From contig SKVW01000053.1 in NCBI GenBank assembly GCA_007129255.1, positions 306 through 64,305 on the forward strand: DNA of 64,000 nucleotides, written 5' to 3'. Every line of letters starts with the position of its first letter. Position 1 is the stretch's first letter. This document shows positions 49,114 to 58,395 of this stretch, piece by piece. Under the pieces are notes generated by a model, which did not search any database, was not told where the DNA came from, and saw nothing but the letters and a program-made list of their open reading frames with translations. Both the position numbers and the translations under genes were made by a program. The DNA is from Bacteroidales bacterium. Lineage in GTDB: Bacteria; Bacteroidota; Bacteroidia; Bacteroidales; UBA7960.

Positions 49114-50022
49114 ATGCCAACAAAAATCAGACTACAGCGGAAAGGTAAAAAAGGACAACCTTTTTACCAACTGGTAGTTGCGGATGGTCGTGCACCCCGA
49201 GATGGAAAGTTTATTGAGAGACTTGGCACATACAACCCCATGACCCACCCGACAACTATAGAGATCGACTTTGATCGTTCCCTTTACTGGGTGCAGGTTG
49301 GGGCCCAACCCACAGATACTGCCCGCAGTATTTTATCACACAAAGGGGTGCTTTTGAAGCACCATTTACTTAAAGGAGTTAAAAAAGGCGCCCTTACAGA
49401 AGATCAGGTAGAGGAAAGATTTCAGGCCTGGCTGAAGGAAAAGCAGGAAAAAATTGAACAAGCTTCCAAAGATTCCGATCTTTCGGAAAAAGAACTTATC
49501 AAGAAGAGACTTGAAGAAGAGAAAAAGGTAAGCGAAGCCCGTGCAGAGGAACTTGCCAAAAAACGCGCTAAGGAAAATCTGAAAGCCGAAGAAGCCAAAG
49601 CTGAAAAAGCTGCCGAAACCGCCCAACCCGAAAAGGCCCCTGCTGAGGAAGCAAAAGGCGAAGAAGCTGCTGCTGAAAAGCCTGCTGCTGAAGAATTAAA
49701 GGTTGAAGATAAGCCCGAAGCCAAAAAAGAAGAGAAAACGGAGGAGAAAGCAGAAGTAAAGCCTGAGGAAAAGCCCGAAGAGAAAAAGGAAGAGAAAGCT
49801 GAAGTAAAGGCTGAAGAAAAACCGGAATCCAAAAAAGAAGAGAAAGCCGAAGTAAAGGCTGAGGAAAAGCCGGAAGAGAAAAAGGAAGAAAAGGCAGAAG
49901 AAAAAGCTGAAGCCAAAGCCAAAGCCGAAAAGAAAGAGGAAGTAAAAGCCGAAGACAAAGAAGAAAAGAAGTCTGAAAAAGACAAAGAAGAAAAGGAAGA
50001 CAAAGAGAAGAAGGCAGAATAA
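49114..50022 (+). CDS. rpsP: 30S ribosomal protein S16 with a ~210-aa Lys/Glu/Ala-rich C-terminal extension
   Basis: The N-terminal ~85 aa are canonical S16 ([37 protein letters not shown]). The rest is low-complexity KEA-rich sequence. Confidence 0.9.
   Translation: MPTKIRLQRKGKKGQPFYQLVVADGRAPRDGKFIERLGTYNPMTHPTTIEIDFDRSLYWVQVGAQPTDTARSILSHKGVLLKHHLLKGVKKGALTEDQVEERFQAWLKEKQEKIEQASKDSDLSEKELIKKRLEEEKKVSEARAEELAKKRAKENLKAEEAKAEKAAETAQPEKAPAEEAKGEEAAAEKPAAEELKVEDKPEAKKEEKTEEKAEVKPEEKPEEKKEEKAEVKAEEKPESKKEEKAEVKAEEKPEEKKEEKAEEKAEAKAKAEKKEEVKAEDKEEKKSEKDKEEKEDKEKKAE
49741..49884 (+). repeat. Three tandem 48-nt (16-codon) units inside the S16 tail
   Basis: Units at 49741-49788, 49789-49836 and 49837-49884 each encode EEKAEVK(A/P)EEKPE(E/S)KK. 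They are in frame and near-identical at nucleotide level. Confidence 0.8.
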
Positions 50023-50049
50023 TCCTTTTAACACATAAATACCTGGAGA

Positions 50050-50583
50050 ATGGATATTAAAGATTGCTATTATCTGGGTTTTATTTCAAAAACTTTTGGG
50101 TATAAAGGTGAGGTGGTTTGCTACCTCGATGTTGACGACCCGGAATATTACGAAAAACTGGAATCGGTTTTCATTCATCTGGAAGGGAAACTGGTTCCTT
50201 TTTTTATTGAAAAGATCACCTTTCGTCCAAGTGGGAATGAGGCAGTGATTGCCTTCGAACATGTGGATACTGAAGAAAAAGCCCTTCATTTATGTGGCAA
50301 TGAGATGTACCTTCCCCTGGAAATGCTGCCACCTTTATCGGGAAAACAGTTTTATTTTCATGAGATTACCGGTTTTGAAGTAATTGATGCTGAAAAGGGG
50401 GTGGTAGGTATCGTGGAAAAAGTGTTGGAATTACCCGGAAACCCGGTAATGCAGTTGAAAAAAGGCAATAAAGAGGTACTGGTTCCTGCCAGTGACGCGA
50501 TCATCGAGAAAGTCGACCGAAAAAAAAAGGAGATCTATATTCAAGCACCAGAGGGTCTTATTGATCTTTACCTGGAAGAATAA
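50050..50583 (+). CDS. rimM: 16S rRNA processing protein RimM
   Basis: 177 aa in the conserved position after rpsP, with an N-terminal RimM barrel and a C-terminal PRC-barrel-like pattern. Confidence 0.85.
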   Translation: MDIKDCYYLGFISKTFGYKGEVVCYLDVDDPEYYEKLESVFIHLEGKLVPFFIEKITFRPSGNEAVIAFEHVDTEEKALHLCGNEMYLPLEMLPPLSGKQFYFHEITGFEVIDAEKGVVGIVEKVLELPGNPVMQLKKGNKEVLVPASDAIIEKVDRKKKEIYIQAPEGLIDLYLEE

Positions 50584-51314
50584 TGCCCTCCGGACATTCA
50601 CAAAAAAAGTTGTTTTATTTTAAGCAGTTTTCTTTATCAGATGAAGGCTGCGGGATGAAGATCGGTACCGATGGGGTTTTGCTTGGCAGTGTTGCTGCAC
50701 AATATCCTGCCCGCCGTTTATTGGATATAGGCACCGGTTGCGGACTGATTGCCCTGATGCTTGCCCAGAAATTCCCGGGGCAGATCACGGCAATTGATAT
50801 TGATCCAAATGCCATTTCCCTGGCCCGCGAAAATGTGGCAAATAGTCCATGGCCCGAAAAGGTCAGGGTAAGGGAAATATCCTTTCAAGATTTCGTGAAA
50901 ACCACAGCCAAAAAGTATTCACTTCTGGTGTGCAACCCCCCTTACTTTCACGACAGTTTGCATTCACCCTGTAAAAAAAGATCCCTGGCAAGGCATTCCC
51001 AGGGATTACCTCAGCAGGTAATGCTCGAAGGCGTAAGACAAGTTATTGAACCTGAGGGAATTTTTGTTTTGATTCTTCCTTTTGAACAGGAAAAGGACTT
51101 TATCCAAAAAGCAAAAGGGGTTTCCCTGTTTTTAAAAAGACGGATCCGGGTAAAACCAACACCTGAAAAGATACCGTCACGTGTGATCATGGTCTTTGGC
51201 TTAAAACCCGCGGAAACTGTTATTGAGGAGGAACTGGTGATTGAGGCCGGTGGACGCCATCAATATTCTGCCAAATACAAGGCTTTGACCAGAGATTATT
51301 ACCCGGCTTTTTAA
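50583..51314 (+). CDS. tRNA (adenine-N6)-methyltransferase, TrmN6/YfiC-like
   Basis: SAM motif LDIGTGCGLIALMLA and the catalytic motif CNPPYF. A 1-nt overlap joins it to rimM. Confidence 0.75.
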   Translation: MPSGHSQKKLFYFKQFSLSDEGCGMKIGTDGVLLGSVAAQYPARRLLDIGTGCGLIALMLAQKFPGQITAIDIDPNAISLARENVANSPWPEKVRVREISFQDFVKTTAKKYSLLVCNPPYFHDSLHSPCKKRSLARHSQGLPQQVMLEGVRQVIEPEGIFVLILPFEQEKDFIQKAKGVSLFLKRRIRVKPTPEKIPSRVIMVFGLKPAETVIEEELVIEAGGRHQYSAKYKALTRDYYPAF

Positions 51315-51318
51315 AAAA

Positions 51319-52173
51319 TCAGGCAACAAATATTTTTTTATCAAAGGGTATCTGGCTGACGAAGTCTTTCATAACCAGGTGTTTTTCGATCAGGAAAGGA
51401 AGAAGTTCGCCAACTTCCCTGAATTGCATGCTTTTCAATTTGATATCCACCTGGTTTGCTATCAGGTAAAGTTGGGATGCTCCCATGCTTCCTGACATTC
51501 CCCTGATGGTGGTAATTAATTTTTCGCAGGTGATCGCATCACTCTTTTCGTAAGACCAGATAAAAGAAGCAATATAATTTTCCATTTCTTCAACAAAAGT
51601 GTTGTATAGTTTTGCCAGGGAGAACCTATTTTTTGCTGCTTGCTCTGAAAAATTGGTATAGGTTTGGAGGCTGATAACCGGGGCTTTATCAATGGAGCTC
51701 AGACAAAATACCTGCCGTTGGTGTTTTTGCATCAACATTTCTTTGTTATTTTTCCATTGCTGAAAAACCGATCTTATATGGGTTTCATCATTTGGAAAAA
51801 CAATGGCATCGTCGAACCCTTTTTTTAGCAATCGGCGTACAAATCTGTTGGTGTTTCCGTTGAGTCCGGGTTCCAGGAGGGCAAAAACAGGAGGAAGAGA
51901 ATAAAAGGTTTTCCTTAAGCCGGTTATGGTGGAGATACCGTTTTCCAGGTGGGGAAAAATGCTCATTACAATGAAATCATATTTAACCGTTCCGAAAAGA
52001 TTAAAAGGGTTAACCTGTGTTTCATTATAAAACTTCATTGCTTCTTTAAAGTTGCTGGCGATAGTGATTTCACAACCCATCTGCCGGAGCCGTTCAGAAA
52101 AGTTTCTTTTTGAAGGCACCACACATTGGAGCAAAAGCACAGCCAGCGAACTTTGCTGTAAAGTTTCATCCAT
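51319..52173 (-). CDS. Degenerate receiver-like plus His-less Hpt-like protein
   Basis: The N-terminal ~130 aa follow the REC pattern, but the acidic pocket and phospho-Asp are replaced (LLLQCV..., YDFIVMSIFPH, AIVFP). The C-terminal TTIRGMSGSMGASQL aligns with the Hpt motif HxLKGxxGxxGA, with Thr in place of His. Confidence 0.55.
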   Translation of the reverse strand: MDETLQQSSLAVLLLQCVVPSKRNFSERLRQMGCEITIASNFKEAMKFYNETQVNPFNLFGTVKYDFIVMSIFPHLENGISTITGLRKTFYSLPPVFALLEPGLNGNTNRFVRRLLKKGFDDAIVFPNDETHIRSVFQQWKNNKEMLMQKHQRQVFCLSSIDKAPVISLQTYTNFSEQAAKNRFSLAKLYNTFVEEMENYIASFIWSYEKSDAITCEKLITTIRGMSGSMGASQLYLIANQVDIKLKSMQFREVGELLPFLIEKHLVMKDFVSQIPFDKKIFVA

Positions 52174-52201
52174 ATTGGGGAGGTTTAAATATGGTAACTT
52201 T

Positions 52202-52251
52202 TAAGCTGCGTTGCTAAAAAATTCTCTAAGCTGCGTTGCTAAAAAATTTCG
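52202..52251. repeat. 25-bp tandem duplication spanning the stop codon of the Hpt gene
   Basis: TAAGCTGCGTTGCTAAAAAATT occurs at 52202-52223 and again at 52227-52248, with 22 of 22 bases identical. Confidence 0.85.
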
Positions 52252-52622
52252 TTAAGTTTATTTTTAAATTCTAAAAAAACACTTTTTATATGAGCTGAAG
52301 CTGCTTTGGCTTCGGCGTAATTTTGTTTTTTAACTGCATTTTCAATAATACGGGAAAGCTCTTTTAGCCTTTGCGCTCCAACAGAACCGCTTGTTCCGGA
52401 GAGACTGTGAGCCGTTTTGCGAAGCGTTTCATAGTCCCCGGTTTGGGAGGCATTCATAATTTCTTCGCACATTAAATCCGCATCTTCAAAAAAAGAATCA
52501 AAAAGATTCTTCAGAATGGCATTATCCCCCTGGGTATGGGTTTTCAGCATTTGGATGGTTTCCTCTTCAATAACTTCTGCTTTGCTTATTTTCTCGAGGT
52601 AAGGTGTTTTCCCATCTTCCAT
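52239..52622 (-). CDS. Stand-alone Hpt domain protein
   Basis: 127 aa with the Hpt signature AHSLSGTSGSVGAQRL. It is a paralog of the 41408-41797 product; both share FxSFFEDA. Confidence 0.8.
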   Translation of the reverse strand: MEDGKTPYLEKISKAEVIEEETIQMLKTHTQGDNAILKNLFDSFFEDADLMCEEIMNASQTGDYETLRKTAHSLSGTSGSVGAQRLKELSRIIENAVKKQNYAEAKAASAHIKSVFLEFKNKLNEIF

Positions 52623-52828
52623 TTAATCCTTGTTTTGTTAAAAATTTTATAATGGCGGTTTTACCGGCCTTTTAATTTGGCAGTATATCAAAACCGCTGA
52701 ATTTTTCAGGATTTTTTGGTCCTCAATTCCTGAAACCAAATTTAATCAGTAAAGCCTTTAAAGGCATACGTGTTTTTACGTAAATATTGGAAACTTATCC
52801 AAGGGATTCCCTTTGGTATATCTACGTA

Positions 52829-52861
52829 TAAAGCCCGGCTTTTTTATAAGCCGGGCTTTAT
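52829..52861. terminator. Hairpin, probable terminator of the upstream minus-strand lipoprotein gene
   Basis: Stem AAAGCCCGGCTT / AAGCCGGGCTTT with a T-rich loop. The flanking U-tract is weak. Confidence 0.5.
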
Positions 52862-52976
52862 TTATCGCTAATTGGTAGTAAAAAAAGAATTATTTTATCT
52901 CTGAACTATATACAGTTTTAAAGGCTGTAAATCCATGATAAAAACCAGAACTTATAAAGCTAAAAAAATATGCTGT

Positions 52977-53348
52977 TTAGTCTCTTCTCCTCCTGGTAAC
53001 AGGTTCTTCCTCGTCCTTATCCTCTTCCTGATCACGGCGTCTGCGGGTAACGGTTTCCTCTTCCTCTGCATCTTTGGCGGCCTTAAACTCAGGTACTTTT
53101 TCTTCTTTAGGTGCGGCCTTTAATTCTGGTTCTATCTCTTCCTCTTTGGTTCCGGCTGGGCCGTCGGCATCTGTTCGGGCATCGCCATAAGATTCTTCTC
53201 TTGCTATGGAGTCGAGAATGGCTTGTGCTTCTGCTTCAGCGATCGAGTCCAGTCTGGCTTGTTCTGCAGCCCGCTCCTCGGCACTTGGGCCGCATGCTGC
53301 CATTAGAAAAAACAGGACTACAGCAAATAATCCGGATAATTTTTTCAT
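52977..53348 (-). CDS. Small disordered acidic/basic lipoprotein
   Basis: Lipobox LMAACG from the Met at 53348. Low-complexity Ala/Glu-rich body with the duplicated ending EEE(T/P)VTRRRRD. Confidence 0.55.
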   Translation of the reverse strand: MKKLSGLFAVVLFFLMAACGPSAEERAAEQARLDSIAEAEAQAILDSIAREESYGDARTDADGPAGTKEEEIEPELKAAPKEEKVPEFKAAKDAEEEETVTRRRRDQEEDKDEEEPVTRRRRD

Positions 53349-53443
53349 GTGAGTGGTTTTTTGAATTTGTATTTGTTTGTCATACAAAAATAGGAATTTT
53401 GATGGCAGAAAGAAAAACTTTCAACGTTTTTAATATTTTGTCG

Positions 53444-53451
53444 TAATTTTG
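53444..53451 (+). promoter_or_regulatory. -7 box TAatTTTG upstream of the Ig-like lipoprotein gene
   Basis: Exact TAATTTTG lies 56 nt upstream of the ATG at 53507. Confidence 0.3.
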
Positions 53452-53506
53452 TTTACCTACACAATCACAAACAATTTTTTCCAAATCAAAATTAAAATTT
53501 TTTATC

Positions 53507-54142
53507 ATGAAAAGAGATTTATTTATCCTACTGGGTTTACTTGTTGCCGGTGCGGTTTTTTTTAATTCCTGTGCTGAAGATGATCCCATTGACCCTTATA
53601 TTGAACTTGTTGGCGGTGATGTTGAGTTGCAACTTGGTGAGGAGTTTGAAGATCCCGGCTATACCACCGAGGGCATTGCTGATGTTCAGCTTCTTTGGAA
53701 TCCTGAATTTGACAAACATAAAGTAAACCATTATGTGTTGACATACGTTGCCACAGATGCCAATGTGAATGCCCAGCGCAATGTATATGTTAAGAGCGAT
53801 CGACTGGCAGGGCTTTATTCAGTTACCGATGAAGATGATGAAGGGGGCTCTTTTGATTTTGAAGCTTCGGTGGTACAATCCGAGCAGGCTTTTAACCGCA
53901 TGTTTATTCAAAACTTCGGAAACTGGGAAGATATTCCCAATGTGGTAATGGAAATAATCGGGGATGAATTGATCATTGAAAAACAGGAACTCTGGACAGA
54001 GGATGAGTGGGTTGAAGCCACCGGCACCTATAACGGAGAAACCCGGTTAATCGAGCAAATCGAATACACCATGGTGGTTTTGTTTGAAGGTGAACCCGAG
54101 ACCATTAGCGGGGTGCAGACTTTTCATGAAAAGCTCAAATAA
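53507..54142 (+). CDS. Lipoprotein with an Ig-like (DUF5011-like) N-terminal domain
   Basis: Lipobox FFNSC. The segment PYIELVGGDVELQLGEEFEDPGYT is typical of DUF5011/Ig-like modules. Confidence 0.55.
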   Translation: MKRDLFILLGLLVAGAVFFNSCAEDDPIDPYIELVGGDVELQLGEEFEDPGYTTEGIADVQLLWNPEFDKHKVNHYVLTYVATDANVNAQRNVYVKSDRLAGLYSVTDEDDEGGSFDFEASVVQSEQAFNRMFIQNFGNWEDIPNVVMEIIGDELIIEKQELWTEDEWVEATGTYNGETRLIEQIEYTMVVLFEGEPETISGVQTFHEKLK

Positions 54143-54162
54143 AAGCAATGGATACAAAGTAA

Positions 54163-54198
54163 GAAAAGCCCCAAAGCAATTGAGCTTTGGGGCTTTTC
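54163..54198. terminator. Bidirectional hairpin terminator between convergent genes
   Basis: Perfect 15-bp stem GAAAAGCCCCAAAGC / GCTTTGGGGCTTTTC with a 6-nt loop. Confidence 0.75.
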
Positions 54199-54221
54199 TT
54201 CAAGCTTCCCTTATACTTTTT

Positions 54222-55451
54222 TTAAACATTAAGTTTTTCTCCTTCACTTTTTGCTACCACCACAGCGCAACAACTATCTCCCCATACATTGGCGGTTGTC
54301 CTGAACATATCTAAAATTCTGTCAACAGGCAGGATTAATGCCATCAATTCAAGAGGCAGCCCAAGAACCTGAAGAATTATAGTAATAATAACCAAACTAG
54401 CCATGGGTATTCCTGCAGTTCCTATGCTTGACAATAATGCTGTAATCAATATCAGAATCTGCTCTTGCATACCCATAACTTCTCCTTGTGCCTGTGCAAT
54501 AAACAACACCACAGCTGAAATATATATTGCTGTTCCATCCATATTTATAGTGGTGCCTATGGGGATGGTAAAATTGGTTATTTTATGCGAAACGCCTGAA
54601 TTTTCATGTGTTTCTTTCATGTTAAGGGGCAATGAAGCTGCTGAAGAGGCGGTAGAAAAGGCAGTGATTAAGGTTGTTTTAACATTGCTTAGGTGCCTGA
54701 AAGGTTTGGCTTTGCCAATATAACGGGTTATAAGGGGCAAAGTAATCAAAGAATGAATTAAAATCCCAAGTAAAACCGTTAGCATAAAAAGTCCCAAACT
54801 GGAAACCATGTTCACAAAGTCTTTTTGTTCAGCAACAACTTTTGCAATTAAACCAAAAATCCCAAAAGGAGCAAGCTTAATTACGAACATGGTTATCTTC
54901 ATAAATAACTCAAAAAACGCCTTAAAAAAATGGGAAAGGACTAAATTGTTCTTTTTATCCAGTTTACTGATAAATATACCGGCTAATATGGCAAAGAATA
55001 TCACCGCCAAAAAATCATTGGTTGCCATGGCATGAAAAATATTATCCGGAACGATATTCAGAAACACATCGGATATTTCTGGTCTTTCAATCACTATAGA
55101 TTCGTCAACAGCAACAGACGTTATATCCATTCCTACCCCTGGTTTGATTATATTTACCAGCAGCAAACCGACAATAATAGCAAAAGTGCTGGTGGTCAGG
55201 TAAAATCCAAAAGTTTTTAAGCCCAGCCTTCCAAGGTTGCCACCGCTCCCAATATTTACCAATCCCGAAATAATTGAACTTAAAATCAAAGGGATAACAA
55301 TCATCCGGAGCAGGCGCAGGAATATATCACCCATCCAGGAAACATAAATGACATGATCTTTAAAAAAGATACCAAACAATATTGCCAGAATAAACGCAAT
55401 TAAAATCTGCCAGTGCAGTTTTAGCTTAGTTAAGGATTTTAATAGTTTCAT
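54222..55451 (-). CDS. Dicarboxylate/amino acid:cation symporter (DAACS, GltP-like)
   Basis: About 410 aa with 8-10 TM segments. The SSAASLP and NMDGTA motifs are typical of the family. I chose the start at 55451 (MKLLKSL...). Confidence 0.85.
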   Translation of the reverse strand: MKLLKSLTKLKLHWQILIAFILAILFGIFFKDHVIYVSWMGDIFLRLLRMIVIPLILSSIISGLVNIGSGGNLGRLGLKTFGFYLTTSTFAIIVGLLLVNIIKPGVGMDITSVAVDESIVIERPEISDVFLNIVPDNIFHAMATNDFLAVIFFAILAGIFISKLDKKNNLVLSHFFKAFFELFMKITMFVIKLAPFGIFGLIAKVVAEQKDFVNMVSSLGLFMLTVLLGILIHSLITLPLITRYIGKAKPFRHLSNVKTTLITAFSTASSAASLPLNMKETHENSGVSHKITNFTIPIGTTINMDGTAIYISAVVLFIAQAQGEVMGMQEQILILITALLSSIGTAGIPMASLVIITIILQVLGLPLELMALILPVDRILDMFRTTANVWGDSCCAVVVAKSEGEKLNV

Positions 55452-55676
55452 AAAAGCGTCCTTTAAATATCCATTTTTTGACCGGCAATAATACGAAAAC
55501 AATTCACAAAACGCTAAAATTTTTTCAGTTCAAAAAGAGTCCGGAAATTTTGACACCCAAACATTTCAAACAAATGCCAATATGTCATAAAACCTATTGG
55601 GGGTTTGAATGGTTTAACCTTTGCAGCCGCGATGAGAAAATATTAATAGGTAATGCAATAAAAATATATAAATAAA

Positions 55677-58271
55677 ATGAATTTAAATAATTTCACAATA
55701 AAATCACAGGAGGCCATACAAAAGGCCCAGGAAATAGCCAATGGTTACCAACACCAGGCCATAGAAAACGGCCATTTGCTGAAAGGAATCCTTGCGGTGG
55801 ATGAAAATGTGGCACCTTACCTGCTAAAAAAAAACAATGTCAATGTGCAAGTGATTCAGCAAGCCCTTGATAAGATCATTGAAGGATATCCGAAAGTTGC
55901 CGGTGGCGAGGTATATTTATCTTCTTCATGCAATCAAACCCTTCAAAAGGCCATGGGTATGCTAAAGGAGTTCAATGATGAATTTATTTCCATTGAACAC
56001 CTGCTGCTTGCCCTTGTCGCCGGAACCGGGAACATTGCACAGCTGCTAAAGGATGCCGGATTAACAGTTGATAACCTCAAAGAGGCCATCAGAGACCTCA
56101 GACAGGGCTCCGGCGTTAAAAGCCAGACCGCCGAAGATACTTACAATGCTTTAAATAAATACGCCAACAACCTTAACGATCTGGCTTTATCCGGCAAGCT
56201 TGATCCGGTAATCGGGCGTGATGAGGAGATCCGCAGGATCCTGCAGATACTTTCCAGGCGTACCAAAAACAATCCCATTCTTATCGGAGAGCCCGGTGTG
56301 GGAAAAACAGCCATTGCCGAAGGGCTTGCCCACCGGATTGTAAACGGTGATGTGCCGGAAAACCTGAAATCCAAAAAGATCTTTGCCCTGGATATGGGAG
56401 CGTTGATCGCCGGAGCCAAATATAAAGGCGAGTTTGAAGAACGCGTCAAAGCGGTTGTAAAAGAGGTTGTGGGCTCTGACGGGGAGTATGTGCTTTTCAT
56501 TGATGAGATCCATACCCTGGTGGGTGCCGGAGCAAGCGGCGAAGGGGCCATGGATGCGGCCAATATTCTGAAACCGGCACTTGCCCGGGGAGAACTCAGG
56601 GCGGTGGGCGCAACAACACTAAAAGAATATCAAAGATATTTCGAAAAGGACAAAGCCCTGGAAAGAAGGTTCCAGACTGTTATTGTGGATGAGCCGTCCC
56701 GCCTGGATGCCATCAGTATTTTAAGAGGGCTTAAAGAACGTTACGAAACCCATCACCAGGTGCGGATCAGGGATGAAGCCATTATTGCTTCTGTGGACCT
56801 TTCGCAGCGGTATATTTCCGACCGTTTTCTTCCAGATAAGGCAATTGACCTTATTGACGAAGCGGCTTCCAAGCTTAGGCTGGAAATGAACTCTGTGCCG
56901 GAGGAACTCGATGAAGCCGAACGGCGCATCCGGCAGCTGGAAATTGAAAAGGCTGCCATCAAGCGTGAAAAAGATGAACCCAAACTTAAAATGCTTAACC
57001 AGGAGCTGGCCAATCTGCAGGAAGAACGAAACAAACTGAAGGCCAAATGGCAAAGCGAGAAAAACATTGTTGAAGAGATCCAGAAGCAGAAAACGGATAT
57101 CGAACGTTTTCGCTTTGAGGCCGATCAGGCTGAACGCAATGGTGATTTTGGCAAGGTTGCAGAATTGCGTTATGGCAAAATCAAGGAAGCGGAGCAAAAG
57201 CAACAGGAACTGCATGCAAAACTCCGGCAAATGCAGGCAGATGCTGCACTGATCAAAGAAGAAGTAAGTGCGGAGGATATTGCAGATGTTGTTTCCCGCT
57301 GGACAGGGATTCCCATAAGCCGCATGCTGCAAAGCGAGCGGGAAAAATTACTGTATCTTGAAGATGAGTTACACAAGCGGGTAATTGGTCAGGATGAGGC
57401 CATTGAAGCGGTGTCTGATGCCATTCGTCGCAGCCGTGCCGGACTTCAGGACTACAAACGCCCGGTTGGTTCATTTATCTTTTTAGGTACTACAGGAGTG
57501 GGAAAAACCGAGTTGGCGAGGGCTTTGGCAGAATTTCTTTTCAATGATGAGAATGCCATGGTGCGCATTGATATGTCAGAATACCAGGAACGCCATACCG
57601 TAAGCCGGCTGGTGGGTGCCCCTCCGGGATACGTGGGGTATGAAGAAAGCGGCCAATTGACTGAATCTGTCAGAAGAAAGCCTTATTCTGTTATTTTGCT
57701 GGATGAGATTGAAAAAGCCCACCCTGATGTGTTCAATATCCTGTTGCAGGTGCTGGAGGATGGCCGCCTGACAGACAACAAAGGCCGCCTGGCGGATTTT
57801 AAAAATACCATCATCATCATGACCTCAAATATCGGTTCAGGCCTGATCCAGGAAAAAATGGAACAGCTTACCGATGAGAACCGGGAAAAGGTAATTGAAA
57901 GCACGCGCGATGAGGTATTTACTGTGTTAAAAAAAACCATTCGTCCCGAGTTTATTAATCGTGTGGACGAAATCATCATGTTTAAGCCCCTGACAAGGGA
58001 AGAAATAAAGGATATCGTTTCCCTGCAGATGGAAAGGGTAAAAGAAATGCTGAGCGATAACCATATCAGTATTGAACTGACCCCTGCCGCCATCAGCTGG
58101 GTGGCAAAAGCAGGGTTTGATCCACAGTTTGGGGCAAGACCCCTAAAGCGGGTTATTCAGCGAAGTATCCTCAACAGGTTGTCCAAAGAGATCCTTTCGG
58201 GAAAAATACAGCAGAACGCAAAAGTGCTGGTGGATGAAAAAGATGGAGAGTTGGTTTTTAAGACCGAATAG
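55677..58271 (+). CDS. clpB: ATP-dependent chaperone/disaggregase ClpB
   Basis: 864 aa with two AAA+ modules ([18 protein letters not shown]), a long coiled-coil middle domain, and a Clp N-domain. Confidence 0.95.
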   Translation: MNLNNFTIKSQEAIQKAQEIANGYQHQAIENGHLLKGILAVDENVAPYLLKKNNVNVQVIQQALDKIIEGYPKVAGGEVYLSSSCNQTLQKAMGMLKEFNDEFISIEHLLLALVAGTGNIAQLLKDAGLTVDNLKEAIRDLRQGSGVKSQTAEDTYNALNKYANNLNDLALSGKLDPVIGRDEEIRRILQILSRRTKNNPILIGEPGVGKTAIAEGLAHRIVNGDVPENLKSKKIFALDMGALIAGAKYKGEFEERVKAVVKEVVGSDGEYVLFIDEIHTLVGAGASGEGAMDAANILKPALARGELRAVGATTLKEYQRYFEKDKALERRFQTVIVDEPSRLDAISILRGLKERYETHHQVRIRDEAIIASVDLSQRYISDRFLPDKAIDLIDEAASKLRLEMNSVPEELDEAERRIRQLEIEKAAIKREKDEPKLKMLNQELANLQEERNKLKAKWQSEKNIVEEIQKQKTDIERFRFEADQAERNGDFGKVAELRYGKIKEAEQKQQELHAKLRQMQADAALIKEEVSAEDIADVVSRWTGIPISRMLQSEREKLLYLEDELHKRVIGQDEAIEAVSDAIRRSRAGLQDYKRPVGSFIFLGTTGVGKTELARALAEFLFNDENAMVRIDMSEYQERHTVSRLVGAPPGYVGYEESGQLTESVRRKPYSVILLDEIEKAHPDVFNILLQVLEDGRLTDNKGRLADFKNTIIIMTSNIGSGLIQEKMEQLTDENREKVIESTRDEVFTVLKKTIRPEFINRVDEIIMFKPLTREEIKDIVSLQMERVKEMLSDNHISIELTPAAISWVAKAGFDPQFGARPLKRVIQRSILNRLSKEILSGKIQQNAKVLVDEKDGELVFKTE

Positions 58272-58314
58272 ATTTATCCGGTCGTTTCTAATATTATTCA
58301 GATCATTTTATCAA

Positions 58315-58360
58315 TTGCAAAGCCCGCTATCATTACGATTAGCGAGCTTTGCAATTTTTA
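58315..58360 (+). terminator. Rho-independent terminator after clpB
   Basis: 15-bp stem TTGCAAAGCCCGCTA / TAGCGAGCTTTGCAA with one mismatch, followed by a T5 run. Confidence 0.75.
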
Positions 58361-58395
58361 TTAAACCGGACAAGGGCTGTTAATAAGATACCTCT

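Noticed and set aside
49741-49884. Regular 48-nt tandem repeats, considered as a possible CRISPR-like or non-coding satellite array
   Set aside because: There are no spacers. The units are contiguous, in frame and encode the KEA-rich tail of S16.
49422-50034. Two long minus-strand ORFs (193 and 112 codons) opposite the S16 tail
   Set aside because: They are the reverse complement of a GAA/AAG/GCT-rich repeat. This gives stop-free Ser/Phe/Leu-rich nonsense frames.
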